NCBI RefSeq assembly: GCF_006345805.1
Contig: NC_043004.1
Location: forward strand, 3,100,001 to 3,164,000
Source of the DNA: Octopus sinensis
Lineage: Eukaryota
Direction: 5' to 3'
Length of the DNA stretch: 64,000 nt
Part shown: piece after piece, positions 25,655 to 39,654 of the stretch
Position numbering within the stretch: position 1 is the first letter of the stretch
Layout: each line of letters begins with the position of its first letter
The notes under the pieces: generated by a model
What the model saw: the letters and a program-made list of their open reading frames with translations, nothing else
Database searches by the model: none
Told to the model about the DNA's origin: nothing
Position numbers and translations under genes: made by a program

Positions 25655-26190
25655 TTCTTACAAAACCCCAAGCCTGGCACTCATTCTATCGGTCTCTCGT
25701 GCCGAACTACTAAAGTTACGAGGACGTAAACAAACTAACACCGACTGTGAAGCGGTGGTGGCAGACAAACACGCACACACACACTCACGCTCAAGCACAA
25801 ACATATGCACACGCACACTTGCACTCACACACGCACAATGTAACCATATATGAATCGTTGGAAATGTTTCTCCTCCGTCTTCGTTTTTTGTTTTGGACTT
25901 TCCTCTGATTCCTGTTTTTGACGAAGAGCTTTGCTCGAAACGTTGAACCACCTTTCTTTCCTTCCCTGAGCGTCTGCTAATACTTTACATGTACCACGTC
26001 CTCGCGTTTTTGTTTGTTTTTTCTTGTGTTTCTTCTTCGTTTGAGGGGGGATATTTACTCTAAATATATACATATGACGAGCTTGTTTCTGTCAGTCAAG
26101 TCCACTCACAAGGCTGTGGTCTGCCCGGGGCTTCAGTAAAAAACATCCATCCAAGGTGCCACGCTGTGGGATTGACTCTGGATGCATGTG
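25655..26190 (-). mobile_element. Family A SINE interrupted by a family F repeat
   Basis: Family A halves at 25655-25770 and 26075-26190. Confidence 0.75.
25860..26065 (+). mobile_element. Family F repeat with minimal hammerhead
   Basis: 25914-25948 reads GTTT TTGACGA A GAGC TTT GCTC GAAA CGTT GAAC. Confidence 0.75.
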
Positions 26191-26539
26191 TTACGCATTC
26201 CTCCACAATTCATGTTATTACAAACGTAACTGGCACGAAACGATGAACACTATTAGACAACATCTATAAACAAATTAAGAGGGATAACTAATTCTTTCTT
26301 ATGAAATCATTTGTCTTCTACGTAATTTTTCTTCTTTTGTCGGAAGAGGAAAAATGGCGCTTGTGGTCCTTTCCAAGGTTTTTTATTCAAGGAGGAGTAA
26401 GATATCGTCATATTGGATTCTGTCCCAGTTGCATGAAAAACAGTGGAATTCAGTAAATGTTTCCAAGTCCCAGACGGCTGTGTATGAAAGCACACACACA
26501 CACGAAAGCACATTCAGTCATACTCCAAGGTAGACAAGC

Positions 26540-26770
26540 TCTGCTATGTTCTTCATACTATTGTACCACTCAACGACTGTGCAATGACTTGCTTTACAAT
26601 TCAATAATCAATATCCAAGTCTTCGTCGCTCCTGAAGAAGGAACCTCGCCTTGGACTCCTTCCACCACTGTCTTCCCTTAGCCAGTCGTGGCCCCAGTTA
26701 GCGAGCGAGATCATCTCACCATCTTGTCTTTGATCGACGACTTGATCTTGTCCATTGTCTGGGAATTCAT
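26540..26770 (-). pseudogene. Possible highly decayed RTE-clade LINE C-terminus
   Basis: GKTVVEGVQGEVPSSGATKTWI resembles the RTE KTILQGxVxGxRxRGRPxKxW motif. Confidence 0.3.
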
Positions 26771-27069
26771 TCCATCACCATGATTGTTCAGTTGGCTTTC
26801 AGTCATGCAATGCGTTCAACCTATCCATATCTGTTCACCTTCTTAGAATGCAAATTGTCTCTCTAACACGCTTCAAATCTTTTCGTCGACCTATTTTCAT
26901 TTCCTACGCTTTGTTCGTCAAAGAAAATAGTTAAAATATCTTCTAAGTATATAATGGGAGCAAGTTTTACATCATCTGAAAAGTCATTAGTTTGAGCTAT
27001 CATTCCTCTTACATTCTGGCGAGTATCGGATCGTTTGAGTTACATTAAACCCCAACAAAGGCTCATAAA

Positions 27070-27156
27070 TTAAATGCATCTAGCTGGGCCAATATCGTGG
27101 CCTGTCGACCTTTGCTTGGCGGCCACGATCGTGGCCCGTCACGCTTTATGCGTTAA
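27070..27156. mobile_element. Small palindromic MITE remnant bounded by TTAA (piggyBac-like)
   Basis: GGGCCAATATCGTGGCC and GGCCACGATCGTGGCCC are inverted (15/17 match); TTAA at 27070 and 27153. Confidence 0.5.
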
Positions 27157-27254
27157 CTAAATGTTTGAGTATGCAGTTGACATAAAAATGAAAAATTAAG
27201 AGCATTGTGTCAAATTCTGCACCTTTCTTTTTTTTATTATTATTCAGCATTCTA

Positions 27255-27575
27255 AGGCTGTTTGCCTGCAGAATTGTTAGCATACTGGACGAAATGCTTA
27301 GCGGTATCACCTTTCCCCAAATTTCAGGCTTTGTGCCTGTAGTAGAAATTGGTATTTATAAAGCGGCATGCTGGCAGAATCGTTGGCACGCTGGATGAAA
27401 TGCTTAGCAGTATTTCCCCCGTAACTACGACCTGAGTTCAAATTCCGCCGAGGTCGACTTTGCCTTTCATCCTTTCGGGGTCGATAAATTAAGTACCAAT
27501 GAAAGACTGGTGTCGATGTAATCGACACATCCCTTCCCTCAAAATGGTTGTCATTGTGACAAAATTTGAAATCAT
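27255..27575 (+). mobile_element. Two tandem family C SINEs (first internally deleted)
   Basis: Head GCAGAATT/CGTTAGCA occurs twice; full body at 27360-27575. Confidence 0.85.
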
Positions 27576-28034
27576 TGTTAATTGGCAGGCTACGAAACAA
27601 AATGGGTTACGTCGCACATACTCCGGAAAGATAATCCGGATTTCAAAAAAATAATAAAAACATTGATAAACAATAACAATATATAATCTAAATTCTACAA
27701 CGCACTGGATAAAGAAGCCGACTTCATCATTCTGATGTCCTGCTGTTGTTTCTAGATGTATGAGTAGGGATCCTTGAATACCAACAACAGTTGTTTACCT
27801 ATGTACACATTATTTCGTTGATTATCAATAATTAACACTGATTATCGATTAGATGGCAATCAAAAACCACGAACCAAAAGCCATTCGATCACACACGTTA
27901 AAGCGTCGGATAAAATGCTTTGCATTGTTTAGTTCGGCTGTTCACATTCTGAGTTCAAGTTCAACTGAGATCAACTTTGTCTTTCATTCTACCGAGATCA
28001 ATAAAATAAAGTACCAGTCATGTACTCGTAGCAC

Positions 28035-28393
28035 TCCGTCGGTTCCAGTTGATCCAATCAACGGAACAGCTTGCTCGTGAATTTAACGTGCATATGGCTG
28101 AGCACTCCACAGACACGTGTACCCTTAATGTAGTTCTCATGTAAATTCAGCGTGACACAGAATGTGACAAGGCTGGCCCTTTGAAATACAGGTACAACAG
28201 AAACAGGAGAAAGAGTGAGAGAAAGTTATGGTGAAGGAGTAAAGAAAGGTTCACCTCCAGCCCCTATCGGAGCCTCGTGAAGCTTTAGGTGTTTTCGCTC
28301 AATAAACACTCACAACGCCAGGTCTGGGAAGCAAAACCGCAATCCCACGACCGCGAGTCCCTTGCCCTAACCACTGGGCTATTGCGGCTCCAC
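28035..28393 (-). mobile_element. Family D SINE
   Basis: Homology to 12765-13143. Confidence 0.85.
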
Positions 28394-29309
28394 AGTCTTG
28401 TTCTAAGTTGATGGTATTGACTAACTCCTCCTCTCAAAATTGCTGCCTTCTAATCCTTGGACGATTTTAAGTTCTAATCCTTGGAGTATTTTAAACTCCA
28501 TATTGCAAACTATTTACAAGCAAAATCCCGTTCTTCACCTACCGTAGTTCTCCCACGAGGACTTCAGATGTGAACTACTTTTAAGTATTGTAACTTTTTA
28601 CATCTCCATCGAAACAGAAGAGTGCTGTGATGTTAGCTGAAGAATTATCAAAGGCAAGATGCAACGGACCGGCTTCAGTTGCAATAATTAAATCCATCTT
28701 TGCTAGTTTCATTGTCGCCAAACTTGGAAAGACATCGCGTGACGATTCTGTCACACGTTACTGAACTGGCCCATCCATCATATGTCAGCAGAATTCAGCT
28801 CCATAGAGATTCGAAATGGCAAGCTGTATAAAGTATCAGCTTTTCCAGTTTTTCTTTTGTGTTTTTTTGGTAAATGCTGATACAGTTACTGGGGCTGTGT
28901 GGTGCCGCGTGAAGACACGAAAACTTTCGTTTTCCCACATTGAGTGTACCAGAAAGCGATAAATAAAAATGTGTGTATGTGTATGTGAGAGAGAAAGAGA
29001 GAGAGACAGACAGACAGCCAACAGACAGACAGAGACACAGAGAGAAAGAGAAACGCAGAAAGAGAGAGACAGACAGACAGAGTGATTGATCGATACAGAC
29101 AAGAGTCAGAGTTTCGCCCTGGCGAGAGAGATACGAAGTCGGCTCCAAAATACATTTTCTTCAAAAGAAGTGAAGATAGAATCGACTTTGGGTCTTATAA
29201 TGTGAATTCCAAAATAAATAAACGAATAAATAAATAAGAGACGTGGTTAAAAACAAAAACAAACGCTTAGCCATACGGTAGATAAGGTTATCTAATATGT
29301 GATATCCTC

Positions 29310-29503
29310 TTACTTGATTCAGTCATTAGATTGCGGCCAAGCTGGAGCATCGCCTTCAAGATCTAGTTAGTAGAACGAATCGAGCCCACTACTTGCTTTT
29401 TAAACCTAGTAATTATTCTAACGGTCACTTTTGTTGAACTGCTAAGTTACGGGGACATAAATACACCAACACCGGTGTGAAGCGGTGGAGGACAAACACA
29501 GAC

Positions 29504-29538
<35 letters not shown>

Positions 29539-29715
29539 AACACATATATGTGCGTGTGTGTATGACGAGCTTCTTCCTGTTTCCGGCTACGAAATTCACT
29601 CACAAGGCTTTGGTCAAACCGAGGCTACAGCAGAAGAAACATACCTAAGGTGCCAAGCAATGGAACTGAACCCGCATCCATGTGGTTGAGAAGAAAATTG
29701 CCTACCAGACAGCCG
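29310..29715 (-). mobile_element. Family A SINE (diverged)
   Basis: Homology to family A. Confidence 0.8.
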
Positions 29716-29894
29716 CGAAATATTTCTACTAATCCGAACGATACCATAAAGGAATTCTTCTTCCGACGTGGCTCTATTCCGTTTTATTTGCGTTTCGGAG
29801 TAGGTTGATACAAATCCATAGCCCATAAGAATTGTCTTTCAAAGACAGTGATGTCAATATTAACTTAGTTGTTTTCTTTAAATATTTCTATCCC

Positions 29895-29967
<73 letters not shown>

Positions 29968-30251
29968 TCATGTTTGACTTTTGCTTTTGCATTTGTAAAA
30001 GTTGGCTCCACGTCTCACCCAGAGACCTCAAGTGACAACAAGTTGGAAGTTCATGTCGGTGTTATGCCTAGGGTGCCATATATTTGGTTTCGTAGTGTTC
30101 TTCTAGAGAATGTTTAAGAAATCATAAGAAAATTATGTTTGCTTTAAAATTTGAGATTACATGATGTTGAAATTCCAAAGAAGGAACCTTGGATCTAGAT
30201 TAGAAAAGGTTCTTCCTCTATTGGTGAGAAATTTTAAAATAAACTGAATAA

Positions 30252-30294
<43 letters not shown>

Positions 30295-30903
30295 CGTGCG
30301 TGCATATGTATGTTTGTAAGAATGTATGCTAGTTTTGGTACCGCAGCTATATGTGTACACATTTGTAGACACGCACACATACTATACGTGTGTGTATGCA
30401 TATATGTATGTATTACTGGAACAGATTTTCGTTGATCCCTTCAATACATTCAAAAGGCGAGCTAAAATTTGATCGTCTGCGTTATTGCTACCACCAGCGC
30501 CATAAACGTGGCATTTTTTTCCTGGGAGATTTTTTTAAAGATTTTTTAAAATTTTGGGTCTTATCCCAGATCAATATTGATTCAAGTGGTTAGAAATCAG
30601 GCTTCAAAATTAACGCCGTCGATATTTTAAAACTGACCCTCATCGACCAATGTGTTTCTAAAAATAATTTCTGAAATAAATTTTATGACTACCGCAATAT
30701 CATCGATTATCGAATGATTGTCGCCCCTGGAATAGAATCCACCAGGTGGCTCTGAATCTGGAATTAACAAAGCACACGAATACACACATCCATGTATGCA
30801 TAAATATATATTTCTTTACTACCCACAAGGGGCTAAACATAGAGGGGACATATATATGCATACATGGATGTGTGTTTTTATGTATGTATTTATGTAAGTA
30901 TGA

Positions 30904-30939
<36 letters not shown>

Positions 30940-31014
30940 AATCCCTCCCAGAAAACGAAGAACAAACGCAAGAAAAAACAAAGCGAGGACGTGGTACATG
31001 GAAAGTATGAGCAG

Positions 31015-31086
<72 letters not shown>

Positions 31087-32287
31087 ATGTATGTATGTAT
31101 GTAGGTATGTATGTATGTATGTATGTATGTATGTATGTATGTATGTAGGTATGTATGTATGTATGTATGTATATATGTATGTATGTATGTATGTGTGTGT
31201 ACATATATATATATATGGAGAAAGAGAGAGAGGGAAGGATCGATAGATAGATATAGACATATCGACATACAGGTATCCATACATGCATATATATATATAT
31301 GTTTTTATACACCCACACAAATATATATATATATATATTTGTTCTGTTAGTTCGTGTTTAGGTTGCACTTCTAGCCATAGGAGAATATATTCTCATCAAT
31401 TCGCTTGGTGTTAAAACACCTGAAAGTCTTAGACAAGCAACGAGATATCTCGCATCCAATCACGTTCAGGAACGACAGACATCGATATTTCGTCATTTTT
31501 GTTACTTGCCAATACCGTTTACCCGAAACGAGACCTGATGTAAGCTAAATCGGTGCCTATGACATATGCAAAATGGTGTAAGAATCATCTGCTCGTATGT
31601 CCCAATGTTTCATACCACTAGAAAAATTCAAATATGAATTAGATTGACTTTTATCATACTTTTAACTAAACATCGAATATCGTTACCATTCTGTTTACGA
31701 AGTTGTACGAAGTTATCATCCTGTTTATACGAAATTATCTATCAGTTTTTCTCTCTTACACGACTTGATAATTGCTATTAACAGCAAATGTTATTAGCAA
31801 ATTATAAAATGTTAAATTAAAGAGGCAGTGAAAATATTTTAGATAATGTGTAGCATTAAAAAAAAAAAAGAAACAAATTTGCGAATTTCTATCACTCAAG
31901 GTCAACATTTTGTAAAGGAATGTTTCGAATTGATTAAATAATCTCTGCATTGTCTGACCGTTTCTTATTTTATTGTTCAGGAGAGAAGACAGACACTAAA
32001 ATGGTGAGAAAGGTTTAGCTCAGGCACATAATTTTTCAAAATATGTCCGGTTTATAATATAGATGCAACACTCTAAGGATTACATGAGGATATAGTCTCT
32101 CAAATGGATCTAAATAATGGATACAAAGGGAATTTCATTCCAGAACATAAATCTTCGTTACAGAATACCACAAGGCATTGAATTATCGACAGTTTTTCTA
32201 CCAATTTTCATCATGATTGTCACGAAAATCTCTAACCTGTGTTCTGGAAAAAAAAACAATGACTAGTAAACAGCACAAATATGTTTG

Positions 32288-32328
<41 letters not shown>

Positions 32329-32559
32329 TGAGGGCGCATGGCTCAGTGGTTGTAGTGTTGTATTCAAGATCGCTAGATGGTGGTTTCATTTCCTAGATCG
32401 GTCGGTGCGTTGTACTTCTGAGCTAAACACTTCATCTCACGTTGCTCGATGATCATTTAGACATCTGGCGCGTGGTACCGAGCAGGGGAATTCACCATCT
32501 CTCTCTCTCTTTCGCCGTCTCCCCCTCTCTCTTTCTCTCTCTCTATCTATATATATACA

Positions 32560-32612
<53 letters not shown>

Positions 32613-33129
32613 AATAATATATATATATATAATATAAACAATATATATATATATGCACATATACATACGTATATGTACATACTTACATATATATGTATAT
32701 ATACATGTATATATGGGTACAGGTCGTCAAAACAACTTAAACAAAATGATAAACGAGAATATAAATAAAAACATGGAAAACGAACTTTTATCGAACCACG
32801 AAAGAAACAAATAGAGATGGTGGTTTCCCAGGCGGCCAATATATTTCGATCGCAGTTAACAACACCGGATTAAAAGGTACTGCTCAGGTGTCGAAACCAT
32901 AGTGATATTTGTTTGGCAGCTGACAAAGAGAATACACATTTGTTTTGTTTGGTTGTGAATTTCTTATACCTTAATCTCATTATTCTGGGTCGTACTTCAT
33001 TCTTGTAAAGTAGAAATCGTTTATTAATTCATAGTTTGTGGGGGCCACTTACGTTGGCATTGGTTGTTTTTTCTTCATAGGTAATCATACACACACATAT
33101 ATATATATGTATATATATTCCTTCAATCT

Positions 33130-33333
33130 TGTATTCTTTTATTTGTCTCAGTCATTTGACTGTAGCCATGCTGGAGCGCTGCCTTTAGTTGAGTAAATTA
33201 ACCCCTAGAGTACTTATTCTATCGGTTATTTTGCCGAACCGCTATGATACGGGAACGTAAATACACCGGCATCGGTTGTCAAGCGATGTTGGGGGCCACA
33301 AATACAGTCACACAAACATATACACACACATGC

Positions 33334-33373
<40 letters not shown>

Positions 33374-33545
33374 TATATATACTACGGGTTTCTTTCAGTT
33401 TTCGTCTGCCAGATCCACTCACAAGGATTTGGTCGGCCTACGGGTATAGTAGAAGACACTTGCCCAAGATGCCACACAGTGGGACTGAACCTGGAAAGAT
33501 GTGGTTTGTAAGCAAGCTACTTACCACAAAGCCATTCCTGTGCCT
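33130..33545 (-). mobile_element. Family A SINE
   Basis: Homology to family A. Confidence 0.85.
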
Positions 33546-33871
33546 ATATATATATATATATATATATATATACGCAATCAAGTCATGTTACTGAAAGACA
33601 TTCCAAGTGTGAAGGTTAATATAAGAAGCGTCAGACATATTTGAATAGAAGACTATAACTTCCACTCACCTTTCGCTGACGACGTCATTTTCTCTTCCAC
33701 ACACGGAAGGTTTTAACAGAAGCCCGTTCGGTAACAAAATGACAGTGAAGACACTACATATATTGTTGTATAAAAATAATACGTATGTATGTAATTGCGT
33801 ATGTATGTACAACTATAATATTCATGGAATTTTATATTTGTATGTATGTGTATGTGTGTGCGTGAACGAGA

Positions 33872-33904
<33 letters not shown>

Positions 33905-35197
33905 GTTTGTTATTTCTCTCTCAGTATTGTTCTATACCTGTTTGTTTTGTTCTTTTGTGTCTTTCCATCTATTTTTCCTCAACGGAAACCTTCTCACTTT
34001 TATTCCATTATTTTCTACATATTTTACAATGTTTTAATAACTTCATCTCATATCGCCGAACATTGCACTTTGCTTACATTTCAATTACAATTGTTCATAT
34101 ACCAAATTTAAAATTTAAATTATATCTCCGGTCTTAATTGAATTGTAGATGGTTTTATTTTTTTTTTTTAAGTATTTTTTTAACAATTTTCACAGAACAA
34201 AATATCGAGGTCAGAACAACGAAATCTACATATTACGTAATCTCTACAAAATACGCTAAGGTTTATACACACACAGCCATACATATCACACACATACATA
34301 CATACATACATACATACATACATACACACAGACACACACACACAGACACACACACATTTATACGCACACATACATACATACACTCACGTATAATCAATAT
34401 TTTGTGTAAATCTACCCAAGAAACTTTTCGACAAAACTTTATAATTAAGTCGAAATATGAAAATTTCTTAAGAAGGCCGACTTCTACGTATGTCATAGAT
34501 TAATGTCTTTCGTATATTCTCATTGAGTGGTGAGTCCAGACCAGTTGTTCTTTATTTTTCTGGTAGTTGATTAAGCTGTATTGATTTCAAGCGAAATATT
34601 GTCTAAAAACATAATATATAATTTGACGTGTATGTGCGGGTTTGTATGTGTGTGTGTGTGTGTGTCTGAGTGTGTTAAAAAATAATTCTATAAACGCAAT
34701 AAATAATCCTTTATTATCGACGAAAGATTCTCATAAATCTGTAGAACGGTCAGAGCAGAGTATTTCGCTGTCTCTTAAACAATAACAATGACTCCTGGTC
34801 GTGGAATATGTTCTGGGAGAAAGATGGAATGGATTGAATTGTCTGGTATTTATTTTATTGGACCCGGTAGGGGAATGGGGAAATTGATGAAATTAGAACC
34901 GGCAACCGTTGCACGAAATTTGAGGGCGATTTGACTGATTTTTCTAGCAGGCCACGTAGCTTCTTAACGTATCTGTCATTTGTTCTTTCAAATTAATTTC
35001 GAAGATGTCGATGCCGTGACAGAAACACTGAAGATCTAAACGCAATCCCTGATTATATGTCCCTTGCTATTGTTAGTTAAAAACTCCCTACCATGCTGAC
35101 ATTGCATTTTAATCCTCCTTAACTAACTAATAAATTGTTTCTGTTGTTAATTTGTCATGTATTTATCTTAATTCATTTGAAAAACAAACAAACATAA

Positions 35198-35880
35198 GCG
35201 CCGGAAGGGCTGTGTGGTTAGAGGTTTCCTTCCTAACCACATGGTTCCCGGTTCAATTCCACTGCTTGGCACTTTGGGCAAGTGCCCTCTATCATAGCCT
35301 TTGACTGTAATAGACCAAAGCTTTGTGAGTAGATTTGGTAACTGGAAGCTGAAAGAAGCCCATCACGTATATATATATAAAGACCCCCTTCGGTTGCGAA
35401 TTACCAAGGATTTACACCTAGAAAGTCTGGGGAAGGTTGTTTATGGAAGACCAGCAGTTGCCATGCATATCAGCTTCCCTTCTCAATGCCACCTATGTTA
35501 TCCAATACAGCCTGGCACCAGTGATTTCGCAGCTCATTTTTACAGCTGAGTGAGCTGGAACAACGTAAAAATAAAAAGCCTTGCTCAAGAACACAACAAA
35601 CACAACACAACACAACACAAAGCCGGGTCCGGGAATCGAACTCACAACCTCATGAGCGTAAGCTCGGCGCTTTAACCACTCAGCTATGCACCTTCACATA
35701 TTTTTTACTCTTTTTTTGTATATATGTATAGTGGCAGTCCGTCAAATCACGACGACAAGGGTTCCAGTTGACCCGATCAACGGAACAGCCTGCTACTGAA
35801 ATTAACGTGGCTGATGGATGAGCACTCCACAGACACGTGTACTCTTAATGTAATTCTCGGGGAGATTCAGCGTGACACAG
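35198..35880. mobile_element. SINE cluster: A 5' half (+, 35198-35370), B (-, 35381-35697), D 3' part (-, 35735-35880)
   Basis: Homology to other copies in the window. Confidence 0.8.
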
Positions 35881-36559
35881 GATGGTCATGAATCTTTATT
35901 TTTGTTCCGGGATGTGTGACGCTAGTAATATAATGTTGGGTTTGTTGGAGTTTTGAACGTCTGAATATCTGAAGTGTATTTAATTTTGAATTTCAATGTC
36001 AATCCAAGGGAGGTTTTTTAATGTTATTCCTCTTCTCCGTGCAACAACCTATCAAACTGCGTTCAAGATTTCACTATAAGCTACATCGAAATAGACGTTG
36101 GCGATATTGAATGCCGGGAAAAAAACTCTGCTGTTTAATAATTACTACGCCGAGTAGTAATTATCGAACATAATTGACATTAGTTCGGAGTTGTAGGAAA
36201 TGCAAATATATATAATCCCGTAGGATTATGCGTCTTAGATATACTTCCTAAGAAACTTATCATCGTATTGTGTGGCCCATAGAGGAACGACCGATTATGC
36301 ATAAATAAAAGCATTGATGACTAGATCATAGACAAATTAAGGAGGGACATTATCCAGACTTTTCGGTGATGAGGCACCGATAGTCACTAACCTAACTATT
36401 TTTGGATTCTAGATGTTTCGCTAGATTTAACGACAAACCTACAAAACTGTTTAGAAAACTAAATCAAATGTTCTCTTACACGTGCGTTGACAATGCAAAG
36501 TGTTTAAGAATCTCATCTACAATATAATCATAACAATGTTTAATGCTTTCTTGAATATT

Positions 36560-37152
36560 AGTTCAGTTCTATATTTGAGAGATGAAGAATTATGTACATT
36601 ATTTACATTATTTACATTTGACGAATATTTGTCCTCATCTTGTTTGTTGTTAACACAACGTTTCGGCTGATATACCCTCCAGCCTACATCAGGTGTCCAG
36701 GAGGAATTTTGAACCTGGGTTCTCATTCCTAAGGTATATTTTCAATGGCTATTATTATTATTTTACTCTTTTACTCTTTTACTCTTTTACATGTTTCAGT
36801 CATTTGACTGCGGCCATGCTGGAGCACCGCCTTTAGTCGAGCAAATCGACCCCGGGACTTATTCTTTGTAAGCCCAGTACTTATTCTATCGGTCCTTTTT
36901 GCCGAACCGCTGAGTGACGTGGACGTAAACACACCAGCATCGGTTGTCAAGCAATGCTAGGGGGGACAAACACATATACACAAACACATACATATATATA
37001 TATACATATATACGACAGGCTTCTTTCAGTTTCCGTCAACCAAATCCACTCACAAGGCAGAAGACACTTGCCCAAGGTGCCACGCAGTGGGACTGAACCC
37101 GGAATCATATGGTTGGTTAGCAAGCTACTTACCACACAGCCACTCCTACGCC

Positions 37153-37210
<58 letters not shown>

Positions 37211-37245
37211 CATTATTATTATCATCATCATCATCATCATCATCA

Positions 37246-37318
<73 letters not shown>

Positions 37319-37397
37319 AGTCACTCCCTGGAATCGAACTCGGAATTTTGTGGTTAGTAGCCTGCGCTGTTAAGCACTACGCTATATGGCCGTGGAC
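36560..37397 (-). mobile_element. Family G: tRNA-headed SINE with (AAT)n spacer and internal hammerhead (copy 1)
   Basis: Minus-strand head CATATAGCGTAGTGCTTAACAGCGC...GAGTTCGATTCC (37390-37320); (AAT)n; HHR 36697-36652 GACAC CTGATGT A GGCTG..CAGCC GAAA CGTT GTGTT. Confidence 0.75.
36763..37152 (-). mobile_element. Family A SINE nested in the (AAT)n tract of family G
   Basis: Full-length family A copy with (ATT)n on both sides. Confidence 0.9.
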
Positions 37398-37411
37398 AGG
37401 GACCTGAATGG

Positions 37412-37452
<41 letters not shown>

Positions 37453-37458
37453 GTTATG

Positions 37459-37490
<32 letters not shown>

Positions 37491-37509
37491 GAGGAGGAGG
37501 AGGATAATG

Positions 37510-37567
<58 letters not shown>

Positions 37568-37742
37568 TAATAATAATAATAATAATAATAATGCCATCGG
37601 GAAAATACCTCAGGAATGAGAACCCAGGTTCAACATTTCCCCAAGACACCTGATGAATGCTGGAGGGTATATCAGCTGAAAAGTTGTTTTAACAACAAAC
37701 AAGATGAGAACAAATATCCGTCAAGTGTAAATAATGTAAATG
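37398..37742 (+). mobile_element. Family G copy 2, 5'-truncated, inverted against the head of copy 1
   Basis: Starts at GACCTGAAT (end of the tRNA head), then (GAT/AAT)n, then HHR at 37645-37690 with intact CTGATGA. Confidence 0.75.
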
Positions 37743-38704
37743 ACGTATATGAAATTAGTTGATTAGGCGAATCACAAGTAGAACAAAGCCTTAATAACTT
37801 GTTCAATGAAAGATGATCACCTGAACATGCCTACTCGCACCGATAAATTATGTTTCACTTTAATATATGATTAAAACTCCATTTTCATTCAGTGGATAAC
37901 TTAAAGTAACAAAAGATTTCCTAAATCCAAAGAACACACGATTCCCGCTTGAGTAGAGATACAGAAAAAAACCTATTAACAGAAAAAAAAACGTTTAAAT
38001 GAGCCATTGGTGCATCATGAATGTGAGAACCATTACTTTGGTAAAAATTAAAATCCGATGTATAAAGGCACATACTTATAATTCGTGCAGGATACCTATA
38101 ATATTCCAACTTCAGAAACACTGCAAGGGCTGATAATTTATGCCGAAACGCATAAACTTAATATAGGTATGATGGAAGGAGTATTCAAATAAAGATTGCG
38201 TTGTGATACGTCTTCGTTTAAACTGATAAATACGAAGTCTACAGCAAGAAGTTAAAGAAGTGCGACTTTGGACTACAGCCTTTATAAAGAAAACATCTTG
38301 GAAGGGCCGTGTTCCATCAAACTGAAGGAAAAACGCTTGATATATGCACAGCAGACAAGAAGAGAATCCTGAAAGAACGTTTCTTAACAAGACCTCTGTT
38401 TAAATACGAGATCAAAAGAAGTACAAATATCCACAGATATTCACTTTCATCTTTACCCCCATAATTCCTCTACAGCATCTTTCTTTCATACCCCACCCAT
38501 CTCCCACTTCCATTCTTGACCGAGATTAAATTCTCTTAATCACATTAGTATTGATAAGCCACAATAATAGCGAAATGTCGATCACTTCGGGGTCTGGTTG
38601 TCGGACCTGGTCTTGAACACTCGTTCGTTGTTCTCTAACGCTCAGCGTTGTGTAGGGAGATACACATAGACACACACACACACACACACACCACACACAC
38701 ACAC

Positions 38705-38753
<49 letters not shown>

Positions 38754-39249
38754 ATATATATATATATTATATAAAACTTAGATATGTTTCGACCAAGCAT
38801 TGCTCTAGACGTTTTAGACACCCTGTATTTCAGGACGAATAATCGCATATTTGCAACTACAGAATTGATAGATACGTTTGAAACAGGATTTTTATACGTA
38901 CATAAACAAACGTTGGCTTCTACGACTAATATTTATGCAGATTACACTTCTAAGAAAACTGGTTACCAAATAAACCCCACAATAAAAAAAAGATATAGAA
39001 TATTTACCGTACTTAATTAATAAAAGAGAAATTGCACTTTTAATTACGTCTTAACCGTCAACTGTTGTTTGAACTCAGAAAAAGTGACCCGTTTAGTCAC
39101 ACAATTTATATTAATTGATCTGTCATGTCTAGTTGCTGTCATAGCAGAAAACTGATGGGAGCTTTCACCGTGTTAAGATATCTACGAGAAAAACAACTGT
39201 TCTGGAAAGGTTGTGGGAAATATTCTCAATGCTCTACCGATGGAATACA

Positions 39250-39654
39250 CAGGGTGTTCAAAAAATTAGTCCGCATTAAGTATTTTATTGCAAAATATAT
39301 AATTATAAGAGGGTATAAGACTACAAAAGAATATATTAGACTTTAGAAGACTAAAAAAATTCATAAGAGGCGTTGAAAGTGTCGTCCTTCATTTTCAATA
39401 CATAAGTTGACTCTTCTACATGTTTTGAAATACATCTTGCAGAGTCTGACGTGGTATGGACCGTGTGAAGGTTATGATTGTGTCTTTTTAGCTCATTAAT
39501 TGTTTTCGGGTGATTCTTGTATACTGATACTTTTCTAGGTCCCCAGAAAAAAAAGTCTGGCGGTGTTAAATCAGGTGATCTTGGTGGCCAAAGTCCCTTC
39601 GAAATAATCCGTACACCGAAAAATTCACTGCGGAGACGCTTTTTGAATACCCTG
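39250..39654 (-). mobile_element. Internally deleted mariner-like element (rosa/DD41D-like C-terminus) retaining both TIRs
   Basis: RIISKGLWPPRSPDLTPPDFFFWG...VYKNHPKTINELK; TIRs CAGGGTGTTCAAAAAATTAGTCCGCA and CAGGGTATTCAAAAAGCGTCTCCGCA. Confidence 0.85.

Larger units (their letters stand above)
36010..38450 (+). pseudogene. Decayed Penelope-like element (RT + GIY-YIG; Naiad/Chlamys-type), split by family G and A insertions at 36560-37742
   Basis: In order: KKTLLFNN, VGLCVLDILPKK..GP*RNDRL (decayed GLYRDDGL), DKLRRDIIQTF, LDVSLDLTT; after the insertions PFS..KDFLN, IGMMEGVFK*R, CLNTRS. Confidence 0.7.

Noticed and set aside
29968-30250. Sequence abutting (TTA)n that may be a non-LTR 3'UTR
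   Set aside because: No coding remnant or second copy in the window to support the call
37320-37395. tRNA-like sequence considered as a real tRNA gene
   Set aside because: The acceptor stem does not pair cleanly and it is joined to a repeat body, so it is treated as a SINE head (as are the heads of families A-D)
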